Assembly: GCA_035438985.1 (NCBI GenBank) | Contig: DAORJK010000005.1 | Coordinates: 47,757-111,756, forward strand | DNA: 64,000 nt | Direction of reading: 5' to 3' | From: Bacteroidia bacterium | GTDB lineage: Bacteria; Bacteroidota; Bacteroidia; UBA4408 | Part shown: piece after piece, positions 30,336 to 41,813 of the stretch | Numbering within the stretch: the stretch's first letter is position 1 | Layout: the number at the start of each line of letters is the position of its first letter | Notes under the pieces: model-generated | Databases searched by the model: none | What the model saw: only the letters and a program-made list of their open reading frames with translations | What the model was told of the DNA's origin: nothing | Made by a program: the position numbers and the translations under genes

Positions 30336-31721
30336 TTACTTTCCGATACAGAACCTGGAAAAAATTGAATCCAATACCTGCTCGTTAGATATTTCTCCAC
30401 TTAACTCACCCATGTAAGCAAGCGCTCTTCGCAGATCTAAAGCTATTAGTTCAGTCGTAAGTCCTTGTTGAACCCCTTTTAAAACATCGTCCAAGGCAGC
30501 AAACGATTTTTTCAGCCCATCATAATGCCGCATATTTGTTACTATTTCAGAATGCCTTGCTATATCATCATCAAAAAGTAATTTACCCAAAGCATTCTTA
30601 ATGTCTACTATTCCGTCTTTTTGCTTAGCTGATATACTAAGTACATTTTTGGTAAGGGTAAATTGATTAATCATGCCGGGAGTGCATAAATCACTTTTAT
30701 TAGCCAATACCAAATAAGGTAATTGAAAGGCTGATGCTTGGGCTATAACTTCAGTCAAATCTTGACTTGTATGAATCTCTGTAGCATCCACTACATACAA
30801 CAAAATTCCTGCATTTTTTATTTTCTCATAACTCTTCTCCACTCCCATTTTTTCAATACTGTCCTCAGTTTCTCGCAGTCCTGCCGTATCAATAAACCGG
30901 TAAGCAACGCCATTTACATTTAACACTTCTTCTATGCTGTCACGCGTAGTACCTGCTATTTCGCTCACCAATGCTCGTTCTTCATTCAACAAGGTATTGA
31001 GTAAGGTAGATTTTCCGGCATTGGGCTTTCCGGCAATTGCAACAGGTACACCATTTTTTATAACATTTCCCAATTTAAATGAATCGATCAAGGGCAATAA
31101 TTTTAATTGTATGCTTTTTACTAATTGCACAAATTGCTCACGGTTAGCAAACTCAACATCTTCTTCCGAAAAATCAAGCTCTAATTCCATGAGTGCTGCA
31201 AAATCAATAAGCTGTTGCCGCATCGACCGAATATCGCTACTAAATCCTCCCCGCATCTGTTGTAATGCGAGCTTATGTGCTCCTTCCGTATCTGCGGCAA
31301 TCACATCCGCTACCGCCTCTGCCTGACTTAAATCTAATTTTCCATTTAAAAATGCACGCATGGTGAATTCACCGGCGCGAGCCATACGTGCTCCTTTTTT
31401 CAATAACAAGGAAATAATTTGCTGTTGAATATATGGCGACCCATGACAACTTAATTCAACCGTGGTTTCTCCTGTAAAGGAACGAGGACCTAAAAACAAG
31501 GTTGCAACTACTTCATCGATCAACAAACTACCGTCGCGAATACTTCCAAAATGTGCAGTGTGTGATTTTTTAGTCGCTAAATTTTGTTTCCCTGAAGGCG
31601 AATAAAATATGGCAGAACAAATTGAAAGCGCTTCCTTTCCTGAAATACGAATTAAGGCGATTGCTCCAATTCCGGGAGCAGATGCTGGTGCAACAATGGT
31701 ATCGTTTAATTCGTGAAGCAT
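30336..31721 (-). CDS. mnmE: tRNA modification GTPase MnmE
   Basis: G-domain motifs and a C-terminal CIGK. Confidence 0.9.
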   Translation of the reverse strand: MLHELNDTIVAPASAPGIGAIALIRISGKEALSICSAIFYSPSGKQNLATKKSHTAHFGSIRDGSLLIDEVVATLFLGPRSFTGETTVELSCHGSPYIQQQIISLLLKKGARMARAGEFTMRAFLNGKLDLSQAEAVADVIAADTEGAHKLALQQMRGGFSSDIRSMRQQLIDFAALMELELDFSEEDVEFANREQFVQLVKSIQLKLLPLIDSFKLGNVIKNGVPVAIAGKPNAGKSTLLNTLLNEERALVSEIAGTTRDSIEEVLNVNGVAYRFIDTAGLRETEDSIEKMGVEKSYEKIKNAGILLYVVDATEIHTSQDLTEVIAQASAFQLPYLVLANKSDLCTPGMINQFTLTKNVLSISAKQKDGIVDIKNALGKLLFDDDIARHSEIVTNMRHYDGLKKSFAALDDVLKGVQQGLTTELIALDLRRALAYMGELSGEISNEQVLDSIFSRFCIGK

Positions 31722-31735
31722 AAATAATTAACTAC

Positions 31736-33118
31736 TTAGTTTTTTGTTTTAAGCTCCTTCTCACTAATATGAAATTTCCATTTTAGTTCACCTGTTGCAG
31801 AATAAGTTTCGAATTGTACTATACGTTCTCCTTTATTCCCAAGTAAAGAAATTTTACCAAAATTATTTTCGAGTAGTAAGGAACCATCCACCCGGTTAGG
31901 GTTGGTAAATTCGGGCTTGTTGCTGATGTTATGAATTCCGGATGTAATACTTGAACAGGTAAAATCATAAAGCGGATAAAAATTAGCAGGAGTGTACTTG
32001 ATCATTTCCGAAAAATGCCTGTCGCCACTTAAAAACAATACACCGTTAATTTTATTCTCCACAATAAAATTCATCAACTCATTAAACTCAGCAGGGTAAA
32101 ATCGAAAACACTCCTTATCGGCCATTGGATTAAGCATTTGCCCACCCGTTACAATAAATTTGAAAAGACTTCTTGACGAAATTAAACTTGTTTTCAGCCA
32201 TTCCAACTGCTTTTGCCCATAAAATTGCTTTGCATAATTTGGTTTGCCATTAATACTATCTTGCAACTCATTTGGTGATCGATGATAACGATCGTCCATT
32301 AAAAAAAACTCTGCATCGCTCCATTTAAATTTAGTATAGATACCTTCATTATCGGGCTCTCCAAAAGTTTTATTTCCCCAATACGAAGAAAAAAGTTGCA
32401 AGGCTTCCTTTTTATATTCCCAAGATTTATTTGCATCGTCGGGGCCATAATCGTGATCATCCCAAATAGCATAATTAGCTCGAGTTGCACGTAATTTTTG
32501 TAATTGTGGAATACTAAAATCGTGTGAATAACGATACTTCATGCCCCATTCTGAGCTATAATCGGCTTCTCGATAATACAAATTATCACCACTCCAAATC
32601 ATAAATTCACTCGACATATTTCCCATGGTAGTAAGAATTTCCGGGGATGCACCATATGGCTTTCCAGGTCTATCGTATGCACTGTCATTTATATAAGTGC
32701 AACTACCAATGAGGAATGAAAAATCGGGTGCAGGTTTACGCCACTCCCATAAATCCTTAGTTTTAAATTCGGTTGCGAAAGGAAAAGTTACTTTTTTATC
32801 ATCTAAAATTAGTTCATACCCATAAACAGTATTCATTGAAAGATCATTCAATTTTATTTTAATTGGATTAAAACGTTTACCTAATTCGCCTTTATAATCC
32901 ACCTTTATTTTTAGCTCTGGATGGGCTTTTTCAAAGTACAAAATTTGAACTTTTTTAACTGTTGTAGCAACTTCCATACAAAGCATTACTTCGCGGTGTT
33001 CGATGTAGCCTATCATGGGACCTGATAGCAGAGAGGAAGCAAAGGTGATTTTTACAAAGCAAATTATAAAATACAAAAACAAAAATTTAATTTTCATAGG
33101 AATTAAAGTATAAAACAT
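31736..33118 (-). CDS. PhoD-like alkaline phosphatase (metallophosphoesterase)
   Basis: GDNLYY...AIWDDHDYGPDD motifs and a signal peptide. Confidence 0.75.
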   Translation of the reverse strand: MFYTLIPMKIKFLFLYFIICFVKITFASSLLSGPMIGYIEHREVMLCMEVATTVKKVQILYFEKAHPELKIKVDYKGELGKRFNPIKIKLNDLSMNTVYGYELILDDKKVTFPFATEFKTKDLWEWRKPAPDFSFLIGSCTYINDSAYDRPGKPYGASPEILTTMGNMSSEFMIWSGDNLYYREADYSSEWGMKYRYSHDFSIPQLQKLRATRANYAIWDDHDYGPDDANKSWEYKKEALQLFSSYWGNKTFGEPDNEGIYTKFKWSDAEFFLMDDRYHRSPNELQDSINGKPNYAKQFYGQKQLEWLKTSLISSRSLFKFIVTGGQMLNPMADKECFRFYPAEFNELMNFIVENKINGVLFLSGDRHFSEMIKYTPANFYPLYDFTCSSITSGIHNISNKPEFTNPNRVDGSLLLENNFGKISLLGNKGERIVQFETYSATGELKWKFHISEKELKTKN

Positions 33119-33142
33119 GTTGTATACTGCAAATATAGGAAA

Positions 33143-33181
33143 GCAAACAAAAACAGCCTTCCGGAATATCCGAAAGGCTGC
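33143..33181 (-). terminator. Terminator hairpin (CAGCCTTCCGGA...TCCGAAAGGCTG) after the PPIase gene
   Basis: Stem-loop followed by a T-run on the minus strand. Confidence 0.5.
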
Positions 33182-33203
33182 TTCTCATAAATTAATTTAG
33201 CTA

Positions 33204-35168
33204 TTATTTAACCGTACTTAAAACTGAACGATCAATGTTTACTGAGTATTTTTTACGCAAACTTTCAATCCATTCTTTTTCAAGATAGTTTTGATAATCT
33301 GATGTAACAAGGCCTCTGGCTTCACTTAATTTTTTTACATCCGGAGGCAATACTTTATTAATTTTCACAAAAATCACTTGATTGTTTTTGGTCATATTTT
33401 CTGAAATTCCAACTTGCCATTTTACTTTATCTACCATGTCGTTTTCGTTCTTCAAAAATTTGCCATTTTCAATTTTTAAATTCAATTGAGAATCTTTGTT
33501 TACGATGTTCATTAATGAATCGTTGGAGATGTTTGATTTCTCTTGCTTCTTAATTAACTTGCGGGTTTGGTCAGCTATTGCAGTATTTGCACATGTATAA
33601 ATGGTAGCTTCAACTCTTTCTTCCCACATGTAATTGTTTTTATTTTTTTGATAAAAATCCTCAATGCCTGCAGTATCTTTAACTGCCTTACCCCAAACCT
33701 TTTTATCGGTTAAATCAAACAATAAAATTCCATCTCTGTATTCTTGCATTAAAGCTTTAAAATCAGGAAATTTTTTATCTAAAATTGTTTCTTGATAGGC
33801 AATGCAATTATCGTTTACAAATTGCTCATAGGTTGTTTTAACAAGCACACTTGCATCAATTTTAGGACGCTTAGTTTGGTGATTTTCGAGGTAATTTGCG
33901 AAATCGAGTTGAGTATATTTTTTATCAGCAATTGAAAACAATTCTTTGTTTAATTTACTTGCTTTGTCTTTGCTCCAGGTTCCTTCAAAATAACTTGTAT
34001 CTATTAGTGTATTAAATTCGTCACGTGCTTTTAAATTTTCTTTAAAATTATTCTCCTTCTTAATTTTAGCGATTAAACTTTCTTTACTTTTTTGTGCACG
34101 TGAGTCTTTGGTAACTTTACCTTTTAATTCGTTCTTACTTTCATCAAACGTAGGAATCGGCTTTTTATCTAATCGTTTAATTATGTGCCAGCCATACTGC
34201 GTTTTAACAGGTGCTGTGTAGTCACCGTTATTTTGTAAACCAAAAGCAGCTTTTTCAAATTCCATAACCATTCTGCCAGTACCAAACAAAGGAAGTTTTC
34301 CTCCATCTTTTGCAGAGCCTTTATCGTCAGATTGCTGACGAGCTAGTTCTTCAAAATTTTCACCGGCTTTAATTTTACTATAAATTTCATCAATCTTTTG
34401 TTTTGCCGCAACTGAATCAGCAGCTGATTGTCCTTTTTGAGACTTTACCATAATGTGTTCGCACAAAATTTGCCCCTGTGCTTCTCGCTTATCTACTACC
34501 TTTATTAAATGGTAACCAAACCGGGTACGCACAGGCATTGATACCTCGCCAATTTTGGTGGTATAGGCTGCTGTTTCAAATGGATACACCATTTGCATGG
34601 AAGTAAAATAACCTAAATCACCTGCATTTTCTTTTGCTGACGGATCTTGTGAATTATCGCGTGCCACCTTGGCAAAATCTTCTCCTTTTAATATCCGAGT
34701 TCTAAGCGCAAGTGCAGTATTATAAGCTTTTAAAGTGTCTTTAGGTAAAGCACTAGCATCCAATTTTATTAAAATATGACTGGCTCGTATATCCGTTTTA
34801 GAACGCTCATATGCTTCTCGCAACAATTGATCGTTTACTTCATTATCAGTTAAATAAGGTTGAGCCAATTGCTTGCGATATCCTTCCAATTCATTTCTGA
34901 ATTCGGCAGTTGTATCTAGACCCATTTCTTCTGCCTCTTTAACCTTTAGCTTAAAATTCACAAACAATTGAACATAATCGTCAATTGATTTCGAATCGGC
35001 CTCCGTATTTTTTGGATTGTTTTTGTTGTAAATTGATTGAAACTCTGATCGCGTGATATTTTTACCAGCAATGGTCATCAATACAGGGTCTTTATCTTGA
35101 GCGAATGCTATTCCCGCAGCAGAAATTACTGCAAGCGTCAAAAAACCTTTTATACTATTCATTTTCAT
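33204..35168 (-). CDS. Periplasmic peptidyl-prolyl isomerase/chaperone (PpiD/SurA-like, two parvulin domains)
   Basis: Signal peptide, SurA-N-like region and two rotamase domains. Confidence 0.8.
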   Translation of the reverse strand: MKMNSIKGFLTLAVISAAGIAFAQDKDPVLMTIAGKNITRSEFQSIYNKNNPKNTEADSKSIDDYVQLFVNFKLKVKEAEEMGLDTTAEFRNELEGYRKQLAQPYLTDNEVNDQLLREAYERSKTDIRASHILIKLDASALPKDTLKAYNTALALRTRILKGEDFAKVARDNSQDPSAKENAGDLGYFTSMQMVYPFETAAYTTKIGEVSMPVRTRFGYHLIKVVDKREAQGQILCEHIMVKSQKGQSAADSVAAKQKIDEIYSKIKAGENFEELARQQSDDKGSAKDGGKLPLFGTGRMVMEFEKAAFGLQNNGDYTAPVKTQYGWHIIKRLDKKPIPTFDESKNELKGKVTKDSRAQKSKESLIAKIKKENNFKENLKARDEFNTLIDTSYFEGTWSKDKASKLNKELFSIADKKYTQLDFANYLENHQTKRPKIDASVLVKTTYEQFVNDNCIAYQETILDKKFPDFKALMQEYRDGILLFDLTDKKVWGKAVKDTAGIEDFYQKNKNNYMWEERVEATIYTCANTAIADQTRKLIKKQEKSNISNDSLMNIVNKDSQLNLKIENGKFLKNENDMVDKVKWQVGISENMTKNNQVIFVKINKVLPPDVKKLSEARGLVTSDYQNYLEKEWIESLRKKYSVNIDRSVLSTVK

Positions 35169-35211
35169 ACTTCTATTATTTATATACTATTAGATTGATC
35201 AAATTAACTTA

Positions 35212-36678
35212 TTATCTACTGTAATTAGGTGCTTCACGGGTAATAATTACATCGTGAGGATGACTTTCACGCACACCGGCACTCGTAATTTTTATGAATT
35301 TTGCTTTTTGTAATGCTGTAATATTCGCAGCACCACAATAGCCCATTCCAGCCTTTAATCCTCCAATAAATTGATGCATTACTTCTTTTAATTGTCCTTT
35401 GTACGGGACTCTTCCGCTGATTCCTTCCGGTACGAGTTTTTTAAAATCGTGTTCGTCTTCTTGAAAATACCTGTCTTTGCTTCCTTGTTGCATCGCTTCA
35501 ATAGAACCCATTCCTCGGTATGCTTTAAATTTTCTTCCTTCAAAAATAATGGTTTCACCCGGTGATTCTTCAACTCCGGCAAAAAACGAACCTGCCATAA
35601 TTGAACTGGCACCTGCCGCTAATGCTTTAACAATGTCGCCTGTATACCTGATTCCTCCATCGGCTATAACCGGAATATTTCTTCCTTTTAATGCTTCGGC
35701 AGTATCCATAATGGCCGTAAGTTGTGGAACACCCACCCCGGCAATTACACGTGTAGTACAAATTGAACCTGGACCAATCCCAACTTTCACAGCATCTGCT
35801 CCTGCATCAGCAAGTGCAAGTGCAGCATCGGCAGTAGCGATATTTCCAACAACTACTTGAAGATTGGTAAATTTTTGCTTAACAGCTTTTAAGGTATCTA
35901 TAACTCCTTTTGAGTGTCCGTGCGCAGTATCAATAACAATTGCATCAACACCAGCTTTAACCAAGGCTTCAACGCGCTGCATGGTATCGTGTGTTACTCC
36001 TACTGCAGCAGCAACTCGCAAGCGACCTAATTCATCTTTGCATGCATTGGGTCGAATTCGAGTTTTAATAATATCCTTATAGGTAATGAGCCCCATCAAT
36101 TTATTTGAAGCATCAACTACCGGTAATTTTTCAATTTTGTGTTCGCGTAAGGTGTTTTCTGCTTTAACCAGGTCTTTGCCATCTCTCGTGGTAATAATGT
36201 TTTTAGAAGTCATTACCTCACTTACCGGCAAATTCATGTTTTTTTCGAAACGCAAATCGCGGTTCGTGATGATACCCAATAATTCATGAGCATCGTTCAC
36301 CACAGGTATACCACCAATTTTATTTTCTTTTATTATTGCAAATGCATCTCCAACCTTTGCATTTATATGTAAAGTAATTGGTTCGAGTATCATTCCACTT
36401 TCGGAGCGCTTAACTTTTTTTACCTGCTCGGCTTGTTCAGCAATACTCATATTTTTATGCAGTACACCAAGTCCTCCTTCTTGCGCGATCGCAATTGCCA
36501 TTTCGCTTTCGGTAACCGTATCCATAGCTGCACTAACTATGGGAGTATTTAATACAATACTTTTGGTGAAATATGAACTTATGGTAACATCTTTAGGATG
36601 AACTTCTGAATAAGCAGGTACCAAAAGTACATCATCATAAGTTAATCCCTCAGCCATATTTTGGTTGTACTTATCCAT
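35212..36678 (-). CDS. guaB: IMP dehydrogenase
   Basis: IMPDH barrel with CBS pair and a catalytic Cys loop ([11 protein letters not shown]). Confidence 0.95.
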   Translation of the reverse strand: MDKYNQNMAEGLTYDDVLLVPAYSEVHPKDVTISSYFTKSIVLNTPIVSAAMDTVTESEMAIAIAQEGGLGVLHKNMSIAEQAEQVKKVKRSESGMILEPITLHINAKVGDAFAIIKENKIGGIPVVNDAHELLGIITNRDLRFEKNMNLPVSEVMTSKNIITTRDGKDLVKAENTLREHKIEKLPVVDASNKLMGLITYKDIIKTRIRPNACKDELGRLRVAAAVGVTHDTMQRVEALVKAGVDAIVIDTAHGHSKGVIDTLKAVKQKFTNLQVVVGNIATADAALALADAGADAVKVGIGPGSICTTRVIAGVGVPQLTAIMDTAEALKGRNIPVIADGGIRYTGDIVKALAAGASSIMAGSFFAGVEESPGETIIFEGRKFKAYRGMGSIEAMQQGSKDRYFQEDEHDFKKLVPEGISGRVPYKGQLKEVMHQFIGGLKAGMGYCGAANITALQKAKFIKITSAGVRESHPHDVIITREAPNYSR

Positions 36679-36803
36679 TTACTAGGATTTTCATTTTTTT
36701 TAAAAGTGAACAAAAATAGAAAATTTAGAATACTATGAAGGATGCTAAAGTAATTTTCATTTGAATTAACACTTCTTAAGAAGTACTATTGTCGGTGAAA
36801 AAT

Positions 36804-37676
36804 TTAGTTTTTTTTCGCCGCCCAAAGCGTGTTTTGTAACAAAGCGGCAATCGTCATCGGTCCAACACCACCAGGAACAGGAGTAATATAACTACATTTT
36901 GGTGCTACTTCAGAAAAGTTTACATCACCCAGTAATTTATATCCGCTTTTACTTTCAGGAGCTTCTACCCTCGTGATCCCAACATCAATTACCACTGCCC
37001 CTTGCTTTATATAATCGGCAGTAATAAATTCGGCCTTTCCAAGCGCAACTATCAGTATATCGGCTTGCAAACATATTTCTTTCAGATTTTTTGTTTTGCT
37101 GTGCGTCAAGGTTACTGTGCAATTGCCCGGATTGGTATTTCGAGCCATTAGTATACTCATTGGTGAACCAACAATATGGCTTCTTCCAAGTACTACACAG
37201 TTTTTTCCTTCAGTATGGATGGAATAGCGTTTTAAAAGTTCCATTATTCCGTAAGGAGTTGCCGGTAAAAAGGTCGGTAAATTTAACACCATCTTCCCTA
37301 TATTAGTTGGATGAAAACCATCCACATCTTTTTCGGGAGCTATTGATTCAATAATAGTTTGTTCGTCGATGTGTTTAGGAAGAGGTAATTGTACAATAAA
37401 ACCGTCCACATTTTTATCTTCATTCAAACGGGAAATTGTTGCCAATAATTCAATTTGTGTTACTTCGGCAGGTAAACGAATAAGACTTGATTCAAATCCA
37501 ATTTTCTCGCAGGTTTTTACCTTACTTACAACATAGGTTTCACTAGCACCGTCATTGCCTACAATTACGGCTGCTAAATGTGGAACTTTTTCACCTCTGA
37601 GCCGAATAGCCTCTACTTCTGCTCGTATTTCTTCTTGTATTTGAAGTGAAGTGGCTTTGCCATCGAGTAATTGCAT
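36804..37676 (-). CDS. folD: Bifunctional methylene-THF dehydrogenase/methenyl-THF cyclohydrolase
   Basis: Typical FolD sequence, 290 aa. Confidence 0.95.
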   Translation of the reverse strand: MQLLDGKATSLQIQEEIRAEVEAIRLRGEKVPHLAAVIVGNDGASETYVVSKVKTCEKIGFESSLIRLPAEVTQIELLATISRLNEDKNVDGFIVQLPLPKHIDEQTIIESIAPEKDVDGFHPTNIGKMVLNLPTFLPATPYGIMELLKRYSIHTEGKNCVVLGRSHIVGSPMSILMARNTNPGNCTVTLTHSKTKNLKEICLQADILIVALGKAEFITADYIKQGAVVIDVGITRVEAPESKSGYKLLGDVNFSEVAPKCSYITPVPGGVGPMTIAALLQNTLWAAKKN

Positions 37677-37798
37677 TTGTGTATGGGGTTTATATAAGGT
37701 ATTACTCAGTGCTTTTTATTTATGAATCGCAGTAATCTTAATTATACCGACTATCTCAAACTATTATTTAAATGGATATTTCCGTGAAAAAACCAATC

Positions 37799-39142
37799 TT
37801 ACCTTCTAGCTTGGGGCATATTTTGCATTTGCTTCATCATTCTAGCCATTTGCTCTTTATTTCCCATCATCTTCATCATTTTACTGGTATCTTCAAATTG
37901 CTTTATCAGTTTATTTACTTCCTGAATGTTGGTACCGCTTCCTGAAGCAATGCGTTTACGTCGATTTCCATTTAATACGGTTGGATTTTCCCTTTCGTAA
38001 GGTGTCATTGAGTGTATAATTGCTTCAATACCTTTAAAAGCATTGTCGTCAATGTCCATCCCTTTCAAAGCTTTACCAACTCCGGGAATCATTCCTACTA
38101 AATCTTTCAGATTTCCCATTTTTTTAATTTGCTGCAACTGACTTAAAAAATCGTTAAAGTTGAATTGATTTTGCGCGATTTTCTTACTTAACTTTCTTGC
38201 TTCTTCTTCATTGTATTGTTCCTGAGCACGTTCAACAAGACTAACCACATCACCCATTCCTAAAATACGGTCGGCCATACGTTCCGGATAAAACACATCC
38301 AAGGCTTCCATTTTTTCGCCTGTACCAACAAATTTTATGGGTTTGTCAACGGTGTAGCGAATTGAAAGAGCAGCACCACCACGTGTATCTCCATCGAGTT
38401 TTGTTAAAACAACTCCATCAAAGTTTAATTTATCATTAAATGCTTTGGCTGTATTTACTGCGTCTTGACCTGTCATGGCATCTACCACAAACAAAATTTC
38501 TGAAGGGTTTACTGCATTTTTTACAGCTTCTATTTCCTTCATCATCGCCTCATCGATACCTAAACGACCGGCAGTATCAATTATTACTACGTTGTGATTA
38601 TTGTCTTTTGCAAACTGAATTGCTGCTTTTGCAATAGCTACAGGATTTTTAGAATCGACATCTGCAAATACAGGAATTCCCAATTGCTCGCCAAGCACTT
38701 GCAATTGATTTATTGCTGCCGGACGATACACGTCGCAAGCAACCAATAGTGGACTTTTAGCTTTTTTACTTTTTAAATAATTCGCTAATTTACCCGAAAA
38801 TGTGGTTTTACCTGACCCTTGCAAACCCGACATTAAAATAACTGCGGGTTGTCCTTTAATATTGATATCTACCTTTTGGCTTCCCATTAAAGTAGTCAGC
38901 TCCTCATGCACTAATTTCACCATTAATTGGCCTGGCGAAATTGAGGTAAGAACATTTTGCCCAAGGGCTTTTTCCTTTACAGTATCGGTAAATTGCTTTG
39001 CAATTTTAAAATTAACATCCGCATCCAAGAGTGCTTTACGCACTTCTTTGAGTGTTTCAGCTACATTTATTTCGCTAATGCTTCCATGCCCCTTCAGAAC
39101 TTTGAAGGCCCTATCAAACTTTTCGCTTAAATTTTCGAACAT
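37799..39142 (-). CDS. ffh: Signal recognition particle protein
   Basis: NG domain plus a methionine-rich M domain. Confidence 0.95.
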   Translation of the reverse strand: MFENLSEKFDRAFKVLKGHGSISEINVAETLKEVRKALLDADVNFKIAKQFTDTVKEKALGQNVLTSISPGQLMVKLVHEELTTLMGSQKVDINIKGQPAVILMSGLQGSGKTTFSGKLANYLKSKKAKSPLLVACDVYRPAAINQLQVLGEQLGIPVFADVDSKNPVAIAKAAIQFAKDNNHNVVIIDTAGRLGIDEAMMKEIEAVKNAVNPSEILFVVDAMTGQDAVNTAKAFNDKLNFDGVVLTKLDGDTRGGAALSIRYTVDKPIKFVGTGEKMEALDVFYPERMADRILGMGDVVSLVERAQEQYNEEEARKLSKKIAQNQFNFNDFLSQLQQIKKMGNLKDLVGMIPGVGKALKGMDIDDNAFKGIEAIIHSMTPYERENPTVLNGNRRKRIASGSGTNIQEVNKLIKQFEDTSKMMKMMGNKEQMARMMKQMQNMPQARR

Positions 39143-39267
39143 CGTATGGACTTATTTTTTTTGGATTGCGAATTTACAAAAATTAGAGTTTCACCCTAAA
39201 ATATTCAATTTATAATGAGGAACTTTTACCAGAATCATCGAAATATTAAATTAGTTTTGCCCATTGT

Positions 39268-40221
39268 ATGAATAGCACTTATTGGGGCGAAATTGTCGCA
39301 CTACTTACAGCACTCTCCTGGAGCATTGGTGTTTTCCCTTTTACAGAAGCCTCACGCCGCATGAATCCCAATGCAGTGAATCATTTTCGTATGCTTTTAG
39401 CAATGGTTTCTTTGGGTATTTTGCTCATGTTGCTCTACCGGTTAAACCCTAAAGAATTATTCACTTCCGCTTTGCCTCAACATTGGTTTTGGTTCGGATT
39501 ATCAGGGGTAGTTGGATTAGCATTAGGCGATTATTTTGGATTTACCTCTTATGCTATTTTAGGTACACGTTTGGCAAGTGTTTTTAGCACGCTTGCTCCC
39601 GGTGCAGCCCTAATTCTCAGTTATTTCATGCTAAATGAAACTATAAATTTTTTAGGAATACTGGGAATGGCAATCACTATTTCGGGGATTGTATGGATAA
39701 ACATGAGCAAAAAGGAACAATCAAAAATTGCAAAAAGCGAATTTGGATCCACCAGTACCGGAATTATTATGGGTATACTAGCAGCAGTCTGTCAGGGTTT
39801 CGGTCTGGTATTCGCTAAGATAGGAATGAGCTTTACAATACAAGAACAAAGCATTTCATCAGTACAAGCAACCTTCATTAGGATGTTTGTTGCTGTAATA
39901 ATAACTTATGGAATTACAATCGTTCGTGGTAAATTAAAAGAAATAAACGAACCGATTATTCACAATCAAAACAATGGATTAAAATTTCTGGTTGCCGGTA
40001 CATTTTTTGGCCCCACCTTAGGTGTAGTGCTTTCGATGTATGCCGTATCCTTAATTAATGTATCGGTTGCTCAAACACTTTTTTCGTTAGTTCCTGTTAT
40101 GGTGCTACCTTTGGCTATGATATTTTACCATGAAAAAATTACATTCAAATCTGCTTTAGGAGCGATGGTTGCAATTATTGGTGTACTAATTTTAATTTGG
40201 AGAAATGAATTGATAAATTAG
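39268..40221 (+). CDS. DMT-superfamily (EamA-like) transporter
   Basis: Ten TM helices and duplicated EamA halves. Confidence 0.7.
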   Translation: MNSTYWGEIVALLTALSWSIGVFPFTEASRRMNPNAVNHFRMLLAMVSLGILLMLLYRLNPKELFTSALPQHWFWFGLSGVVGLALGDYFGFTSYAILGTRLASVFSTLAPGAALILSYFMLNETINFLGILGMAITISGIVWINMSKKEQSKIAKSEFGSTSTGIIMGILAAVCQGFGLVFAKIGMSFTIQEQSISSVQATFIRMFVAVIITYGITIVRGKLKEINEPIIHNQNNGLKFLVAGTFFGPTLGVVLSMYAVSLINVSVAQTLFSLVPVMVLPLAMIFYHEKITFKSALGAMVAIIGVLILIWRNELIN

Positions 40222-40255
40222 TAATTTTAACAACCTAAAATCAAAGAAAAAGACT

Positions 40256-41668
40256 ATGATAAAATATGCTAAATACTTTAAAAATTTTAGCTTAATAATT
40301 TTTTCAATTATAGTACAACTTATTTCTTTTTCAAATCTTCTCTTTTCTCAAGTGAGTTTTGAGAATTTATATACCAACTCATTCATTCTTGATAATTCGT
40401 TTGACGATCAACTAATCATCAGGGATAGCATTTATGTTGTCGCACATAATCATAACGATGGTGCTTGTGACTCAAATGGAGATATATTATATTTTGGTTC
40501 AAACGGAACACCGGTTGGTGCTTTGAATATTGGAATGCCAAGTACCAACTTTATTCATAAACTAGAAAAGAGCTTTGGCGATACTTACTTTGTTACAGGT
40601 AGTGCTCAGTTATGCAGTGATAGTGATTTAGTTTACATTAAAAAAATTGATTATACCAATGGAGCTATCTGGCAAAAAAAGTATACTTATTTTAATTTGC
40701 CTCTTAATAATCTGAATTGTCTATCTTCTTTAGACGATAGTGGTTGTATTTTTTCATTTGAATCTTATCCTAATGATATCAATCTGATAAGATTTGATAA
40801 GTGGGGTAATTTACTTTTTCATAAAAAATACCATGGTTTTAAAACACCTAAATCGCTTATCTATAATAAAAATGGAAAATTATATTATTTAGTTTCTATA
40901 ATCGATTCACTTAACCAAACAAATTTATCAGTAATAACCTTTAATAATCAAGGTGATTCGTTAAATACTTTCATTATTAATAAATCTTACCTTTTCGCAA
41001 TTAATAAAATGATTGGAACAGCGGATTCAAACCTTGTTTTTCTTGGTTGGTACAAGGATTCAAATAATGTTGCTTTAAGGACTATTGTTAAATTAGATAC
41101 AATTGGTAACATAATATGGAAAAAAACTTTAAAAGGTTATCCATTTCGTTATGATGTTAACATTACTGAATCAAATACCGGAGATTTAATTACTTGTTCG
41201 ATGTATAAACCATCATCAACCTTAATTCCAATGTTAACCAGGTACTCTAGTTTAGGTGATTCAATAATTGGTATAAATTTTCCTAATTTTTTTTCAGCCA
41301 CCATTCTATCTGCAAATGTTACTGCTGATAATAGCTTTTGGGGAGTAGGTAAAACTACCTTTGGTGGAAACGTGGCATATTACGTTAAAACATTTCCAAT
41401 GGGAAATTCAACTTCTAGTCATTCAATCGAATCGTTACCTTTGAATATTAATGTTTCACCCAATCCGGCTAAAAATTTTATACAAATAAACAGTAGCAAA
41501 CCTGTTCATGATATTACCTTGTTTAATTACTGTGCTTCTATTCTATTAATTAAGCCATCAAGTGATAATCTTTTATTACCACAATTAGCTGATGGTATGT
41601 ATTTTCTTAATATAAAATTTATAGATGGTAGTTTCGTAATTAAAAAACTAATTATTCAAAATCATTAA
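40256..41668 (+). CDS. Hypothetical secreted protein with a T9SS C-terminal sorting domain. The gene is very AT-rich.
   Basis: Signal-anchor-like N-terminus and a CTD (NINVSPNPAKNFIQIN...GMYFLNIKFIDGSFVIKKLII). Confidence 0.6.
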   Translation: MIKYAKYFKNFSLIIFSIIVQLISFSNLLFSQVSFENLYTNSFILDNSFDDQLIIRDSIYVVAHNHNDGACDSNGDILYFGSNGTPVGALNIGMPSTNFIHKLEKSFGDTYFVTGSAQLCSDSDLVYIKKIDYTNGAIWQKKYTYFNLPLNNLNCLSSLDDSGCIFSFESYPNDINLIRFDKWGNLLFHKKYHGFKTPKSLIYNKNGKLYYLVSIIDSLNQTNLSVITFNNQGDSLNTFIINKSYLFAINKMIGTADSNLVFLGWYKDSNNVALRTIVKLDTIGNIIWKKTLKGYPFRYDVNITESNTGDLITCSMYKPSSTLIPMLTRYSSLGDSIIGINFPNFFSATILSANVTADNSFWGVGKTTFGGNVAYYVKTFPMGNSTSSHSIESLPLNINVSPNPAKNFIQINSSKPVHDITLFNYCASILLIKPSSDNLLLPQLADGMYFLNIKFIDGSFVIKKLIIQNH

Positions 41669-41696
41669 CTTTTCAATTTATTAAAGTTCTAGAAGA

Positions 41697-41736
41697 AAAA
41701 ATCCTGTTTCTAATTAGAAACAGGATTTTTACATTT
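41697..41736. terminator. Bidirectional hairpin (AATCCTGTTTC-TAAT-TAGAAACAGGATT). It terminates the + strand cargo gene and, on the other strand, tRNA-His.
   Basis: Perfect stem with T-runs on both strands. Confidence 0.6.
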
Positions 41737-41813
41737 TGGGTGGATGATGGGGCTCGAACCCACGACCCTCGGTACCACAAACCGATGCTCTAACCAACTG
41801 AGCTACAACCACC
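41737..41813 (-). tRNA. tRNA-His (anticodon GTG) with an encoded G(-1) and 3' CCA
   Basis: A cloverleaf can be folded by hand. The anticodon stem is TCGGT/ACCGA with loop TTGTGGT, and the T-arm is GTGGGTTCGAGCCCCAT. The extra 5' G is characteristic of tRNA-His. Confidence 0.85.

Noticed and set aside
30934-31326. 130-aa Ser/Ala-rich ORF antisense to mnmE
   Set aside because: A compositional artefact opposite a conserved gene.
35477-36289. ORFs of 127, 72 and 67 aa antisense to guaB
   Set aside because: Ala/Pro/Ser-rich translations of the complement of a GC-richer conserved gene.
36768-36785. 14-nt perfect palindrome ACTTCTTAAGAAGT between folD and guaB
   Set aside because: A single short AT-rich palindrome with no second copy in the window. 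It cannot be distinguished from chance or a minor terminator element.
38802-39215. 137-aa ORF antisense to ffh that spans into the intergenic region
   Set aside because: No start context or motifs, and it overlaps a conserved gene.
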